Source: Laetmonice hystrix (taxonomy: Eukaryota). From it: 64,000 nucleotides of DNA. Each line of letters starts with the position of its first letter. Position 1 is the first letter of the stretch. Below, piece after piece: positions 12,607 to 26,354 of this stretch. The notes beneath the pieces were generated by a model. It was not told the DNA's origin. It was given only the letters and a program-made list of their open reading frames with translations, and searched no databases. The stretch is taken from the NCBI GenBank assembly GCA_965235115.1, contig OZ249436.1, positions 31,188,001-31,252,000 on the forward strand. The letters are read 5' to 3'. The position numbers and the translations under genes were made by a program.

Positions 12607-12961
12607 AATGCACCCTATCTCACTCTGGTTCAAATAAAGAAAAATTCCAAAATAACATAATTTTACAAGGTTGATCAAGTATCGAACTATCGACGAAACC
12701 GAGAACTGCTGAAATGATGGTGAACGTGCAGCAACTTTGGAATCTTTAGTGAATTAGGTACACATCATTGCCATGCCATATATAATTTACATATCACTGT
12801 ATATATAATACCAATTAGTGTGCGACATATATTCGAAATGTAGTTCTTAATTCCATTGTAAAAGAAATCGTACTTTGAATTACTGCTGCTTTGGTCAATA
12901 TGGCCGCTTGGCAGCTATCTTGGATGAAAACATTTGTAACTCAGATTAAACTTTCTGGATG

Positions 12962-13592
12962 AACCCTGTTTCAACTGTTCGTCCTCAGCACCAGTGGCAC
13001 ACTGTCCGGATCACTCGAACCCTGAACTGTTTCAACTGTTCGTCCTCAGCACCAGTGGCACACTGTCCGGATCACTCGAACCCTGAACTGTTTCAACTGT
13101 TCGTCCTCAGCACCAGTGGCACACTGTCCGGATCACTCAAACCCTGAACTGTTTCAACTGTTCGTCCTCAGCACCAGTGGCACACTGTCCGGATCACTCA
13201 AACCCTGAACTGTTTCAACTGTTCGTCCTCAGCACCAGTGGCACACTGTCCGGATCACTCAAACCCTGAACTGTTTCAACTGTTCGTCCTCAGCACCAGT
13301 GACACACTGTCTGGATCACTCAAACCCTGAACTGTTTCAACTGTTCGTCCTCAGCACCAGTGGCACACTGTCCGGATCACTCAAACCCTGAACTGTTTCA
13401 ACTGTTCGTCCTCAGCACCAGTGGCACACTGTCCGGATCACTCAAACCATGAACTGTTTCAACTGTTCGTCCTCAGCACCAGTGGCACACTCTCCGGATC
13501 ACTCAAACCCTGAACTGTTTCAACTGTTCGTCCTCAGCACCAGTGGCACACTGTCCGGATCACTCAAACCCTGAACGGTTTCAACTGTTCGT
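12962..13592. repeat. 61-bp minisatellite, about 10 units
   Basis: Unit aaccctgaactgtttcaactgttcgtcctcagcaccagtggcacactgtccggatcactca, near-identical copies. Confidence 0.97.
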
Positions 13593-13929
13593 ATGAGCTT
13601 TTCATGATGACATACGTTACCACGTAAACGTCCTTTGTGATAGGCTAATATATTTATCACCATGCCATAGTAGAAGAATAGCAGAGCGTCTACCTCCTTC
13701 CTGCCAAGAGTTGAGTGTCAAATTGCATGATGCGTCATTGCTGACGTCAAGATACTTTGTGTAAAAGATACCAATACTGCTATTTATATTTCGCTTTCTG
13801 ATGTGAGGGGGTTTGGCGCATGTGAACACGTATAGCGTATAGGATGGGGAGTATTACTTTGGCTGATTTTTGATCTCTGGTCTGTCTTTTGATAAATCGG
13901 AATCAACATTTGCTATCTCTCCGTTAAGA

Positions 13930-14065
13930 AATCCTAATCATGTTTGTATAATAAAAAAGATAATCTTATGGAGTCTATTGATATTTGCGTCTCGCTCAAT
14001 TAGTAAGAGGTCAGCAGAGGCCTGCTTTGTATCACCAGCTAAAGACAGGAATAAACTGATATCAT
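13930..14065 (-). pseudogene. Decayed LINE reverse transcriptase fragment (catalytic-motif region)
   Basis: ISLFLSLAGDTKQASADLLLIERDANINRL resembles LFADDTK......D...LQ.DL..L of CR1-group RTs. Confidence 0.35.
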
Positions 14066-14619
14066 TTTATAATCCAGTGTCAGGTTATCGAGCATTATGA
14101 CATGAGGAAAGTGCCTTTTTCACTCTTAGGACAGAGATCGTTCACTTCATTCAATCTCTGCCACAGGCTGGGTACTGCCGTTTGAGTGACCCCTGACCTG
14201 ACCTAGAAATCCCCGACCGGGCCAGCCGAGCTGGAATCGTGGCTAAAAAGGACGGCCGACTTTGCAAAAACGGGGTTAAACGCGTAGGTAGAGGGTCGAT
14301 TTTGCCCGTAAAAAGTGAGGTGTGGCAGAGGGGTAATGGAGCAAGCCCCTCTGCATTATGGGAGATTGGACCTTTTTGAAACAGGTTTTTCATTTGCGAA
14401 AAGGCAATAACCTGTTTGTTAGTAATATCACCAAGGTAACTACGTTTATTGGTAATATTTTTAAAATTCAATTTTGTGCAATGTCGTGCAGTTATGCAAT
14501 AATACTTGCTATCGTTTACAAGATTCTAGCCATATGTTGATTAAGGGGCAATCGCTTCACGAACAATCGCAAGACGATTGTCCCGCGGAGATCGCCCTGC
14601 GGACAATCCGCGGGGACAG

Positions 14620-14835
14620 CCGTGGACAACTGTCCCGTATGGACAACTGTCCCGTACGGACAACAGTGTCCCGTACGGACAACTGTCCCGTATGGACAAC
14701 TGTCCCGTACGGACAACAGTGTCCCGTACGGACAACTGTCCCGTATGGACAACTGTCCCGTACGGGCAACTGTCCCGAACGGACAACTGGCCCGTACGGA
14801 CAATAGTGTCCCGTACGGACAACTGTCCCGTACGA
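14620..14835. repeat. 17/20-bp subterminal-type tandem repeat
   Basis: ggacaactgtcccgtac / ggacaacagtgtcccgtac units, preceded by diverged gacaatc/gattgtc inverted motifs from ~14545; probably a transposon end. Confidence 0.85.
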
Positions 14836-15660
14836 ACATTCACCTTTCTATTATATTAATATTTCCTCTCCCTGATGTGTGTGCTGTTTTGGTCGTCCGA
14901 GGTCGTCGGTCCCAGTAACGCCTATAGCATTATGCTAGGCAGGCTGGGCACCGGTGGGCCATGAAATCATGCAGCGCGCGAAATCAAGCCGCCCGCGGCA
15001 TGATTTAATGAATGCATGATTTCATGAGAGGCATAATTTCATTGTAGGCCTACTAACTATGAAATCATGCCTATCATGAAATCATACATCAACTTAGTTT
15101 TAGAAGACTCTGTAGGGGAAATAAAGGACATTATTATGAAGCACTACTGTCTTTAATATCACCGTAGATCTCCTTTCTGGACCGTACTTACTCCCTTTTA
15201 TTACTCTACCTATCGCAATCTCACTGACTCATCAGTCTCATATATGGTGCACATATAATTAATCAGTTTTTTTAGCTATAGAAAAAGAGGTCACTTCAGT
15301 AAGTTCATATCATTCTTTGAAAACGACTCGCGAAGCAATGGAAAGCCCGGCGGTCAATATACACAATATAATGACTGAATACATGCCGTACATACCCTAC
15401 ACTGTTTGTACGGAAACATGAGGATAATTTGAGAACTCGAACCTAATAAAGGAGTCATACAGCGTCCCTCTATATCACGCCGTCTCACACGGAGTCATAA
15501 TGCCCCCACCCATGTCTTCTGTGGCCTACCTCTTCCTTTCAATCAGGCCCGATCATGACGATACGAAGTTAGATGAGAAAACAAATCATATTTATAGATT
15601 CGCAGGGAAATGTATAGTTCCAAGGTCATTGTTGATTATTTAACCTCACCGGTGTATACA

Positions 15661-15663
<3 letters not shown>

Positions 15664-15710
<47 letters not shown>

Positions 15711-15755
15711 TTCACCTCACACACCTGCTCTCTCTCTTTCACCTCACACCCCCCT

Positions 15756-15810
<55 letters not shown>

Positions 15811-15836
15811 TCACACACTCTCTCTCTCACCTCACA

Positions 15837-15873
<37 letters not shown>

Positions 15874-15944
15874 CCCCTCTCTCTCTCACCTCACACCCCT
15901 CTCTCTCTCTCTCTTTAACCTCACACACCCTCTCTCTCACCTCA

Positions 15945-15981
<37 letters not shown>

Positions 15982-16006
15982 TCACCCCCTCTCTCTCACC
16001 TCACAC

Positions 16007-16045
<39 letters not shown>

Positions 16046-16051
16046 TCACAC

Positions 16052-16092
<41 letters not shown>

Positions 16093-16589
16093 TCACACAC
16101 CCTCTCTCTCTCACCTCACACACCCTCTCTCTCTCACCTCACACACCCTCTCTCTCTCTCTCTCTCACCTCACACACCCTCTCTCTCTTACCTCACACCC
16201 TCTCTCTCTCTCTCACCTCACACACCCTCTCTCTCTCTCTCTCTCACCTCACACACCCTCTCTCTCTCTCTCTCTCACCTCACACACCCTCTCTCTCTTA
16301 CCTCACACCCTCTCTCTCTCTCTCACCTCACACACCCTCTCTCTCTCACCTCACACACCCTCTCTCTCTCTCTCACCTCACACACCCTCTCTCTCTCTCT
16401 CTCTCACCTCACACACCCTCTCTCTCTCACCTCACACACCCTCTCTCTCTCTCTCACCTCACACACCCTCTCTCTCTCTCTCTCTCACCTCACACACCCT
16501 CTCTCTCTCACCTCACACACCCTCTCTCTCTCTCTCTCTCACCTCACACACCCTCTCTCTCTCTCTCACCTCCCACACCCTCTCTCTCG

Positions 16590-16629
<40 letters not shown>

Positions 16630-16710
16630 TCACACACGCTCTCTCTCACTTCACACACCCTCTCTCTCTCTCTTTCTCTCTCTCGCTCTCTCTCTGCCTC
16701 TCTCTCCGAC
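15664..16710. repeat. Compound (CT)n microsatellite punctuated by cacctcacacac
   Basis: About 1 kb of (CT)n runs of variable length separated by a recurring cacctcacacacc motif. Confidence 0.97.
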
Positions 16711-19700
16711 TCCCTCTGGACCAAATGATCTATATCTTCTGGTTATGAAATATACTATAATAGAACTGTGATTCTTTTTTACTTCGAGGGAAGTTTGATT
16801 TCTTGTTCTGTTGTGGAGCGACATGGCCTCCACTATCTGTAAAACCTGCCCCTCCCCCATCTGTAACCAGAAGGAGAAACTGTTTTATCTTGTCTTAGGG
16901 TAGTATTGGTCACATGTTTGCGCACACACATCTCCCTGTCGTGATTTCTAGCTATACAGCGAGTGTCAACAATCAGTAACTATTGCTTGCCTTTTGTTTG
17001 TTTGTATTAAGCGTTTGAACAAAATGTCAATAACCATATTGTTCAAGTTTTGTTCATACACTGTATCTGCCCGTCTGAAACTCTCGATCACGAACGTGCT
17101 CGGCTAACTTGCACGACATTTCCGTGCGTCACAAAGGGTATCCGATATTGCTTGCTTCTGATATTACCCGGGCAATCGGATATCGCGTGGAATAGAGAGT
17201 ACTTATATTAAATTATTACAGCTATATCTTTTTACCCAAAAGATCGTGCAATTATAGGTTGAAATATTAAAAATGCTTATCTAGTTCGGTCATTCCTACA
17301 TTGTGTTTGTGCCTATAGTATGGGAGTGTGGGAGTAGTCGGAGGCCTACAGTTAGATTAAATCTACACCAATGGCAAGTATGACAAGTATGGAAAGTATC
17401 CTGAAATACTGTGGCCAAATTTTAGTTTCTATGAAGTATTGGAACATATTGTAGGAAAACACCGTTTATAACTGAGAGCGTTCAACTATAATATACTCCC
17501 AACAAGACGTTAATTTTAAAATACCCCAACAAGTTTATTAATAAAATGGCACGTCTTACATGTTGCCCTAAGCTATAAGTTATGTCGAAACTGATGTTAC
17601 AGGGACACTTCACTGTAAGTAGAAATCACGACAGGGGGATGAAATCGCCATTTAACCGAGCGTACCGTCGCATTTGATAAATTCCCTATGTGCTGTCCCA
17701 CATCCTTAACGCAGAGCTATAGGGTGGTCACATCTCGTCGGGCCATAGCTAAATCAGTAGGTAACGTTGTCTGGTCCTCTGGTCCTCTGCTTGAGCTTGG
17801 GAGAGTTCCGCGGGAAACACATTTAATTTATTCATAATTTTATCGTTGCAACCTTCCCCTAAAGTACATGATTAAAACATTCAAAAATTAAGTTTTCCAT
17901 TCGTTCACTCAGGTCCCAATTGTTTCAAGGCTATAAAGCGGGTGATTAATTATTACTAGAGAAGTTGGGGTGCATTTTAGATGATCCCATGTGAATGATG
18001 CCAGTAATTAACACCGCCGTACAAGTCCAATTTCAGTATCAGTACAAAGAGGTTTGGCTTTTACTGCAGGTATTTACTCTTCTAGCATGATCTGGACACA
18101 CTTGGAATCTGAATCGTACATGACGTTTGAAACTCGTGGTAAGTCGCCGCCAGCCTTATTTATAGGATCTAAATAAAACCAACCAAACGCAACGTAACAA
18201 ATAACTGAATAACTAAGTAAGGAACTAATTAACTAACACTAACTAAGAGCTAGAACGTTGATAATATCCCCATAGTCGTGTGTTCAAGTAGACCAAAGTT
18301 GATTTATTGTATTCAGTTAGGAAACGTTAGAGGTCCACAAGAAGAATATAACGAAGAAATCATCCCCTACCGGTAGGAATCGGCATTACATTAGCGTGCA
18401 AACAGCGGCAAACAAACCACCAATAGTCAGTTTCTTTCTGTAGAAACAAACATTATGCTGTTCAACCTGCAGGCGTCGATCTAATTCACATCTCTATGCA
18501 TATCCTCACAATTTATGTTCCCTATTTTAGGCACTTTTCATATTTATAGTGTTTTACTTACGGTAACGTGCTTACTGTCTGTGGGTATTATGCAAATGAT
18601 AATAACTTCTGATCTGTTGTATTGGAAGAGCCCCACGGTGGCTGACTAAGCACCTATCTATGTACGAATGCCTATCAGTTCACCAACTACAAACATTGAT
18701 GAAGGCTGAGCGTGTTCATTGTAAAATGGATTGGATCTCATGTTGTTCCTACAAAATAGAACATTATAATAATCAATTAAACACTCCTGACTGAGCTCTA
18801 GGCGATATGTTTTGTCATATGTTCTCGACAGATATCATTGATTTTTATACTCGGTCTTGGGGGAAAGCGGACACCAAGAGGCTTGTGTCGGTAGATTTAG
18901 AGAAAATCGTTGAATAGGTGATTTTCTCGTGTTTTCTATATAATGCAAGGATGGGAAGTGTAGATATGACGCGAGGACGAGCAGGGAGAATATGAGCCTC
19001 GTGAATTTGGTCTTTTTTTCGATTTTTTTCCGATTAAAAATAAAGTTAGACAAATATTCTTCTATACTCTTTACTTTACTACAGAATGGTAAAGTAGGCC
19101 CAAAAGAATTCCTGAATTGCATATTGACATCTTTCCTAACCGTCGAGTGTTTCTATCATGACATAAGAAGAAACTAGACACGTTGTGGCGATACTACAAT
19201 GTATCCCAACCCCTGGGAGTCAGGTATGACATGTTCTGAGTGGGGTAAACTATGGCTCAATCTTAGACAGTTAATGACTATAATCTTTAGAAGATGCCAA
19301 TGGCATCATTATGAGGTCATAGGTCAGGCTACGTTATAAATCTTTCTGTCAAATGAAAGGGAATGTATGATTTCCCATTAGTGTTTAATAGTAGCTATGG
19401 CTTGAACTTCAACCATGTTAGAGCATAGCTTTTTTCTCTTCGATTCAACTGAAGAACATCGAACGAACAGGTGCGAAGCATTCCCGCCATTTTGAACCTG
19501 TTGAGCGATGAATCCACAAAATATAATGCCCTAAAATGGTGCCTATAAGGCGGGAAATCGCGTCTCAGAGCTTCTAATTTTTTAAAATTTCCTGAGACCC
19601 CCTGCTGAAAATCCTGGACACGCGCCTCTATTTAGGCCTAGCCTAACAATAATTTCTGTCCATTCTTTAAAAAAAGAGTGGTGATCCGCTCCTGGCATAA

Positions 19701-20259
19701 CACTGACAAGTGCTTTCCTATATAATTTAGTATTATACCTAAATGATAGCATCAGATATACAACTTATAGTTCAATGTAACTACAGTGCTAATTTTCTCT
19801 TTTTCATCCCGCTGAAATGTTTTATTACAGCAATATTCACCCTTGTTGATATTCTTTTTGGTAGTTGGAGAATAACTCAGTAGAGTCGTCGCTTGAGGTT
19901 TGTAGCGTTAATTCCTGAGGCACACGGTTGTCTTCTTCGACCAATATGTTACGCGGTCAATGTCTATTCCTCATGGTCAAATCTATTATCTCTATCCTTT
20001 CCCTCCTCCTGCTCCCCTAGCCTCTCTCTTGGTGCTCCTACAATACACTGCCATACAATAGATGGGATACCACAAGAAAATACACGCTATGCCTAACATA
20101 CAGGTTATAGGGATAAAATACCAGATGATATCTTATCACCCTCAAAGCACACTCCAGATTAATATTATCCTCTGTTCGGGACCCCTTCTCCCTTCCACGG
20201 ACCCACTCAAGTGATGTAGCTGGCTGCATGTTGTGTGCCGCTCGCGAGCCAAGCAGCGA

Positions 20260-20682
20260 ATGCATGCCTACCTGTCTGCTGGGCGCTGGCCGCACTGAGC
20301 ACGCCGTGCGTTCACTTCTATCTCTCGCCATTTAGCCAAAAGGCAGTCATACCTCATGAAACTTTACACACAAGGGCATATACATGTCTAATTTATAGAC
20401 CTTGACGTTCAAAACAAAAGATTTAATATTTCCGAAGTTACACTCCTTGACGCTGAGTGTTGACAGCTAGGACTTGCAGCGATCACGCGTCTCTGCCGCA
20501 TGAAACCTTTCTTCATAAATCGGTGTTTTTCGTAATAAATATAGCTTTCTCACAAGGAATTTAATATTATCTGAAAGATGACAAATTAAGCTTCCCGTAT
20601 AGTAAATATCATTGAAATATTATGTAACTGCAACCAAAATGTCGGAAACTGAAGATGGTAACAAAGTGTACAGTCTACCTTA
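20260..20682. mobile_element. Probable right end of a Kolobok-like DNA transposon
   Basis: Ends ...aaagtgtacagtctacctta (AGGTAGACTGTACAC on the other strand next to a TTA(A)-like site), preceded by an AT-rich subterminal tract. The left end was not identified. Confidence 0.4.
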
Positions 20683-22588
20683 GACGAACCATGTAACTAC
20701 AACCAGAATGTCGGAAACTGAAGATGGTAACATAGTGTACCTACCTTAGACGAACAATGTAACTACAACCAGAATGTCGTAAACTGAAGATGGTAACATA
20801 GTGTACCTACCTTAGACGAACAATGTAACTACAACCAAAATGTCGGAAACTGAAGATGGTAGCATAGTGTACCTACCTTAGACGAACCATGTAACTACAA
20901 CCAGAATGTCGTAAACTGAAGATGGTAACATAGTGTACCTACCTTAGACGAACAATGTAACTACAACCAGAATGTCGTAAACTGAAGATGGTAACATAGT
21001 GTACCTACCTTAGACGAACCATGTAACTACAACCAGAAAGTCGTAAACTGAAGATGGTAACATAGTGTACCTACCTTAGACTAACCATGTAACTACAACC
21101 AGAAAGTCTGAAACTGAAGATGGTAACATAGTGTACCTACCTTAGACGAACCATGTAACTACAACCAGAAAGTCTGAAACTGAAGATGGTAACATAGTGT
21201 ACCTACCTTAGACGAACCATGTAACTGCAACCAGAAAGTCGTAAACTAAAGATGGTAACATAGTGTACCTACCTTAGACGAACCATGTAACTACAACCAG
21301 AAAGTCGTAAACTGAAGATGGTAACATAGTGTACCTACCTTAGACGAGCCATGTAACTACAACCAGAATGTCGTAAACTGAAGATGGTAACATAGTGTAC
21401 CTACCTTAGACTAACCATGTAACTACACTGGGGGATCCAGGGGGGCCCAAGGGGCCCGGGCCCCCCTCAAATTTTCCTTTTCCCCGCTTTTTTGTACAAA
21501 GATGCATTATTCGGACCCTGAAACCAGTATTCCAACAAAATTCTGTAAACAAAAGCCTCCTATATTGTACGTGATAGCAACATCGGGCCCAATAAGGCCT
21601 CCTCAGTCATCCAGGAGCAACATAACTTTGGGTCATGCAGCATTGAAATAGACCAAAAGGGGCCCAAAATGGCCATGATTACAATAAAATCATGCAGAGC
21701 GTAGCGAGGCTAAAAAAACTTTTTAGGTGGGCCCCCCCTTATCAAAATCCTGGATCCCCCACTGAACTACAACCAGAATGTCGTAAACTGAAGATGGTAA
21801 CATAGTGTACCTACCTTAGACGAACCATGTAACTGCAACCAGAATGTGGTAAACTGAAGATGGTAACATAGTGTACCTACCTTAGACGAACCATGTAACT
21901 ACAACCAGAATGTCGTAAACTGAAGATGGTAACATAGTGTACCTACCTTAGACGAACCATGTAACTACAACCAGAATGTCGTAAACTGAAGATGGTAACA
22001 TAGTGTACCTACCTTAGACGAACAATGTAACTACAACCAGAATGTGGTAAACTGAAGATGGTAACATAGTGTACCTACCTTAGACTAACCATGTAACTGC
22101 AACCAGAATGTGGTAAACTGAAAATGGTAACATAGTGTACCTACCTTAGACTAACCATGTAACTGCAACCAGAATGTGGTAAACTGAAGATGGTAACATA
22201 GTGTACCTACCTTAGACGAACCATGTAACTGCAACCAGAATATGGTAAACTGAAGATGGTAACATAGTGTACCTACCTTAGACTAACCATGTAACTGCAA
22301 CCAGAATGTGGTAAACTGAAGATGGTAACATAGTGTACCTACCTTAGACGAACCGTGTAACTGCAACCAGAAAGTCGTAAACTAAAGATGGTAACATAGT
22401 GTACCTACCTTAGACGAACCATGTAACTGCAACCAGAAAGTCTGAAACTGAAGAGGGTAACATAGTGTACCTACCTTAGACGAACCATGTAACTGCAACC
22501 AGAATGTGGTAAACTGAAGATGGTAACATAGTGTACGTATACCTTAGACGAACCATGTAACTACAACCAGAAAGTCGTAAACTGAAGA
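20623..22588. repeat. 66-bp minisatellite, about 24 units, interrupted by a MITE
   Basis: Unit aaccagaatgtcgtaaactgaagatggtaacatagtgtacctaccttagacgaaccatgtaactac. Confidence 0.97.
21426..21764. mobile_element. MITE with CA(C/G)TGGGGGATCCAGG TIRs and 5-bp TSD inserted in the 66-bp array
   Basis: cactgggggatccagg ... cctggatcccccactg; AACTA at 21421-21425 and 21765-21769; the array resumes in register. Confidence 0.93.
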
Positions 22589-23482
22589 TAGCCGATACTA
22601 CGCGAGAGCACCAAAACAATTCTCATCGGTGCAAGTAATATTATGCAGTGACATTATTATGCAGAGGCGTGGAATGTCTGGAGACACACAATGTGACAGA
22701 CGATATGCAAAATAAATCGTGAGAAATACAGATTCTGTGAGAGTATCTGTGTGTGGCACTACTTGATGACGCACAATGAGGCGTTTGTTTACACTATGAT
22801 GCGATATGCGTCTCATTAGGACTACTTCCCCGGGAGTGCGAGATGGGCTCATCCCAGCACTGGTGTCAACATTGTGTCGTCACATCAGAGTGCGAGAAAG
22901 ATATAAAATGGACATAAATCTGTCTTGATTAATAATGCACTACAGTACTGAAACAAGCTTTATTTTCTTCAAACATGAACAAAATAGGTTAGGTACGACT
23001 TTTAGCCCCCCGCTCCCTATATGTGGGCTTCTCCTATTGTTCTCTGTCGCCTCTTAGCTTTCTCTCCAACTCGACCACTCGGCCACCCGAGGCCCCTTAG
23101 ACGAGGTTTCATGGTTTTATTAACATCATGATCATGCACAGCATGCCACGCCTGTGTGAACAGGGGCCAGTTTCGTACACCTTGTTACAATTACCTTGCA
23201 CACACAAGGTTTCAAAAAGGATCACAGACCATGAGAGGCAAATTTAACATGTTTGTAATAGGACAATTCTGGCCCAGAAAATTAAGTGTTTGGTGATGTG
23301 TGGTCATTGATGCTGTTAAATTTCCCAGTAATGCGAGTTGCATTGCAAATTTTATTATGATTGTTAGAAGCATGGATGCAGCGTCGTGATAGCAGCATTC
23401 ATATTCGTACCAATTCTCCACCTATAACTAAGGAAATTGGTGCCGAGAAGTTAATGCGAAACTTTCCCACAGGATGCCATTA

Positions 23483-23611
23483 CAGGGCCGTAGGCTGGCC
23501 TATATACATATAGGGGGCAGTATAGGCCTGCCACGTGATAGCGCGTCATTGCGCCGGTCGAGCTGGTACGGGGTGTGGGGCTGCCCCCCTCCCCCGCAGA
23601 CTACGGCCCTG
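23483..23611. mobile_element. Short MITE with CAGGGCCGTAG TIRs
   Basis: cagggccgtag ... ctacggccctg; flanks CATTA / CACTA (5-bp TSD with one mismatch). Confidence 0.75.
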
Positions 23612-23719
23612 CACTATACCTTCGGTTAATAGTGACACAATGGCATAACCTTTGTCTTTCACTGTTTAAGAACGCTTTATGCAGTGGGGGATCCAGGGGG
23701 CCTGGGGGCCCGGACCTGG

Positions 23720-24010
23720 TACGGCATATAATATTGTCGACGTGCATAATATTGTCGCCGACGATAGTATATGAAAACGTTCACATACTATATTGCCGCC
23801 CATTAGCACATGCCGGGAGCGTTGGTACATGTAGCGGACTGCACCGGCGACAATATACCATGGCATTGTCGTACTCAACTTGCCAATCTGCGCAATGTGC
23901 CAGTAGCGTTCATTCAAATAGACCTAACCCTTGACTTACATTAACCCTCACCGAGGGACGTACAGGTAGCACCCGTATCTGCTGGTTTGCCTTTTTAAAT
24001 TTGACGAACC
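23720..24010. mobile_element. CMC/EnSpm-like MITE fragment with a conserved TTAGGG-like core
   Basis: Subterminal atattgtcg/cgacaatat repeats followed by a ~137-bp core shared in inverted orientation with 25305-25441. Confidence 0.5.
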
Positions 24011-24217
24011 CCAAACGGGAACTATACCCACCCAATACAGGTGTGCATTATACATCTCTGTTACTCTACCAGCGCTTCTTATTATGGCCGCAATCTAACA
24101 CCAGACTGCATGGGTTTGTCACGGGTGTATTTCAATTAATATTGTTAATCAGCCCTAAATGATATAAAAAAATAATTGTACTATACAATCAGTTATATAT
24201 GTACATGTACCAGCTAA

Positions 24218-24772
24218 ATCATCACAATCTACCACCAACCTCAGAACTTTATCATCACAATCTACCATCAACTTCAGAACTTTATCATCACAATCTACCA
24301 CCAACCTCAGAACTTTATCATCACAATCTACCATCAACTTCAGAACTTTATCATCACAATCTACCATCAACCTCAGAACTTTGTCATCACAATCTACCAT
24401 CAACCTCAGAATTTATCATCACAATCTACTATCAACCTCAGAACTTTATCATCACAATCTACCATCAACCTCAGAACTTTATCATCACAATCTACCATCA
24501 ACCTCAGAATTTATCACCACAATCTACCATCAACCTCAGAATTTATCATCACAATCTACTATCAACCTCAGAACTTTATCATCACAATCTACCATCAACC
24601 TCAGAATTTATCATCACAATCTACCATCAACCTCAGAACTTTATCATCACAATCTACCATCAACCTCAGAACTTTATCATCACAATCTACCATCAACCTC
24701 AGAACTTTATCATCACAATCTACCATCAACCTCAGAATTTATCATCACAATCTACCATCAACCTCAGAACTT
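24218..24772. repeat. 33/32-bp minisatellite, about 17 units
   Basis: Unit atcatcacaatctaccatcaacctcagaacttt with 1-bp-shorter variants. Confidence 0.97.
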
Positions 24773-25063
24773 TGTGGACGGTCAACATAGTCTCGAGGCT
24801 ATTCTATCATCACCATACAGCATCCGTTTATAAATGGGTATATGAAAGAAACATTATCATTAATAAACTTTTGATGGCTATTTGAGCGCACACATATGGA
24901 TGACCAAGGTAAAGACGGGGCCAAGCTTTCACTGCCAACGGCTTTCTTCAAGTGACTGCACACTACAATAGGTAAGATCCCATTAGCATCCTACCTATGG
25001 CCGGCGTGTGACCAGCGTATGTCTGGCGTGTGAGTATAGGCCTAGCATATCTTCTGCCTATGG

Positions 25064-25594
25064 CAGGTGTGATGTGGTAAAGTGACCCCGTGGTAAAGTG
25101 ACCCGGGGGTCAATTTACCACGTGATAAATCGACCCCCGGGTCACTTTACCACAGTGGAAAAGTGACCTCCCCTGTGGAAAAATGACCCAGGATGAATAA
25201 CATAGATATTAGGCATAACGTCTTTACATTGGAATCTAACTGCTTCTTGGTATTTTTCAACAGTTTCGACACCTGTTCAGCAGTAATCACTTTCGCGACT
25301 TGCCCAAATTTAAAAGGGCAAACCAGCAGATACGGGTGCTACCTGTACGCCCATCGGTTAGGGTTAAGGTAAGTTTAGGGTTAGGTCTATTTGATTTAAC
25401 ACTATTTGCAAATTGCGCAGATTGACAAATTGAGTACGACATGTGAACAAAAACATCCTTTTGTATCCTTTCCATAAATATAAAAAATAAACAGAACAAG
25501 AAATGTCTTAACTTTTCCTTGATGGTCAGATCACTGTGGAAAAGTGACCCGGGGGTCAATTTACCACGGGGGTCAGTTTTCGATGTGACACCGG
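25064..25594. mobile_element. CMC/EnSpm-like MITE nested in another repeat
   Basis: Imperfect TIRs caggtgtgatgtggtaaagtgacccc / ggggtcagttttcgatgtgacaccgg; many gtggtaaagtgaccc motifs in both orientations; flanked both sides by agcgtatg-type repeats. Confidence 0.7.
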
Positions 25595-26354
25595 CGTATG
25601 TCAGCGGATGTCTAGCGTATGAGTAGCGTATCTGCTGCGTATGGCCAGCTGTACGGTACGCCTTCATGCCAGCGTATATCACCGTACCGGATGTGACCAG
25701 CGTACTTGACCTATGAGTAGCGTACCTTTTTTAGTTTTTATTTCTGTTGTTTATGCTGGACAGGCATCGGCAAATAGAATTTTATTTACAAATCACGCTT
25801 TCGCAACACATGCATCCAGTAACAAAAGAGTAATATGTGTTCTTCGGTGGTATAAGCCTCAGTTACTAGTACAAAAATGATAATTTCAAGGGGCAACATC
25901 ATTTGACTACTAAACCTGAATTCACGTAACGTAATATTGATTTTAGAGCTCGAGGAACCATATTTTTTTAGTTAATTTGAAGGTTGCCTGGGACTCAATA
26001 GATCTAATTTTAATGGGCAATATATTCCATTCAATAGGTCCTCTATACAACACACTTCTTTTAAATGTTTCACAATAAGGTTTAACAAATTTAAACAGTG
26101 GCTATTTTTAAAACCTGTAATATCGACAACCTGCCATATAAATCGGCTTAGTGTCACATGTAAAACTCAAATAAATTGAAGTGAGACCAACCAAATGTAA
26201 TGTAAGAACGCTCAGCTGGCTCCGTTGCAATCTAACGCTCTACCTTCGAACCGCTTGGCCATTTTGGTTAACCGTATAACAGCGGAATTCCCACGCTGAG
26301 TTTCAGTGACTCTCACCGTCTCAGGTGACGCTCGGACTAGTCGGAGCGTGGGGT

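Noticed and set aside
20623..22600. Hammerhead ribozyme in the 66-bp unit (GTC...CTGAAGA...CGAAC)
   Set aside because: No GAAA directly after a stem II and no plausible stems I/III.
24155..24885. His-rich repeat protein
   Set aside because: Mixed 33/32-bp units shift the frame repeatedly.
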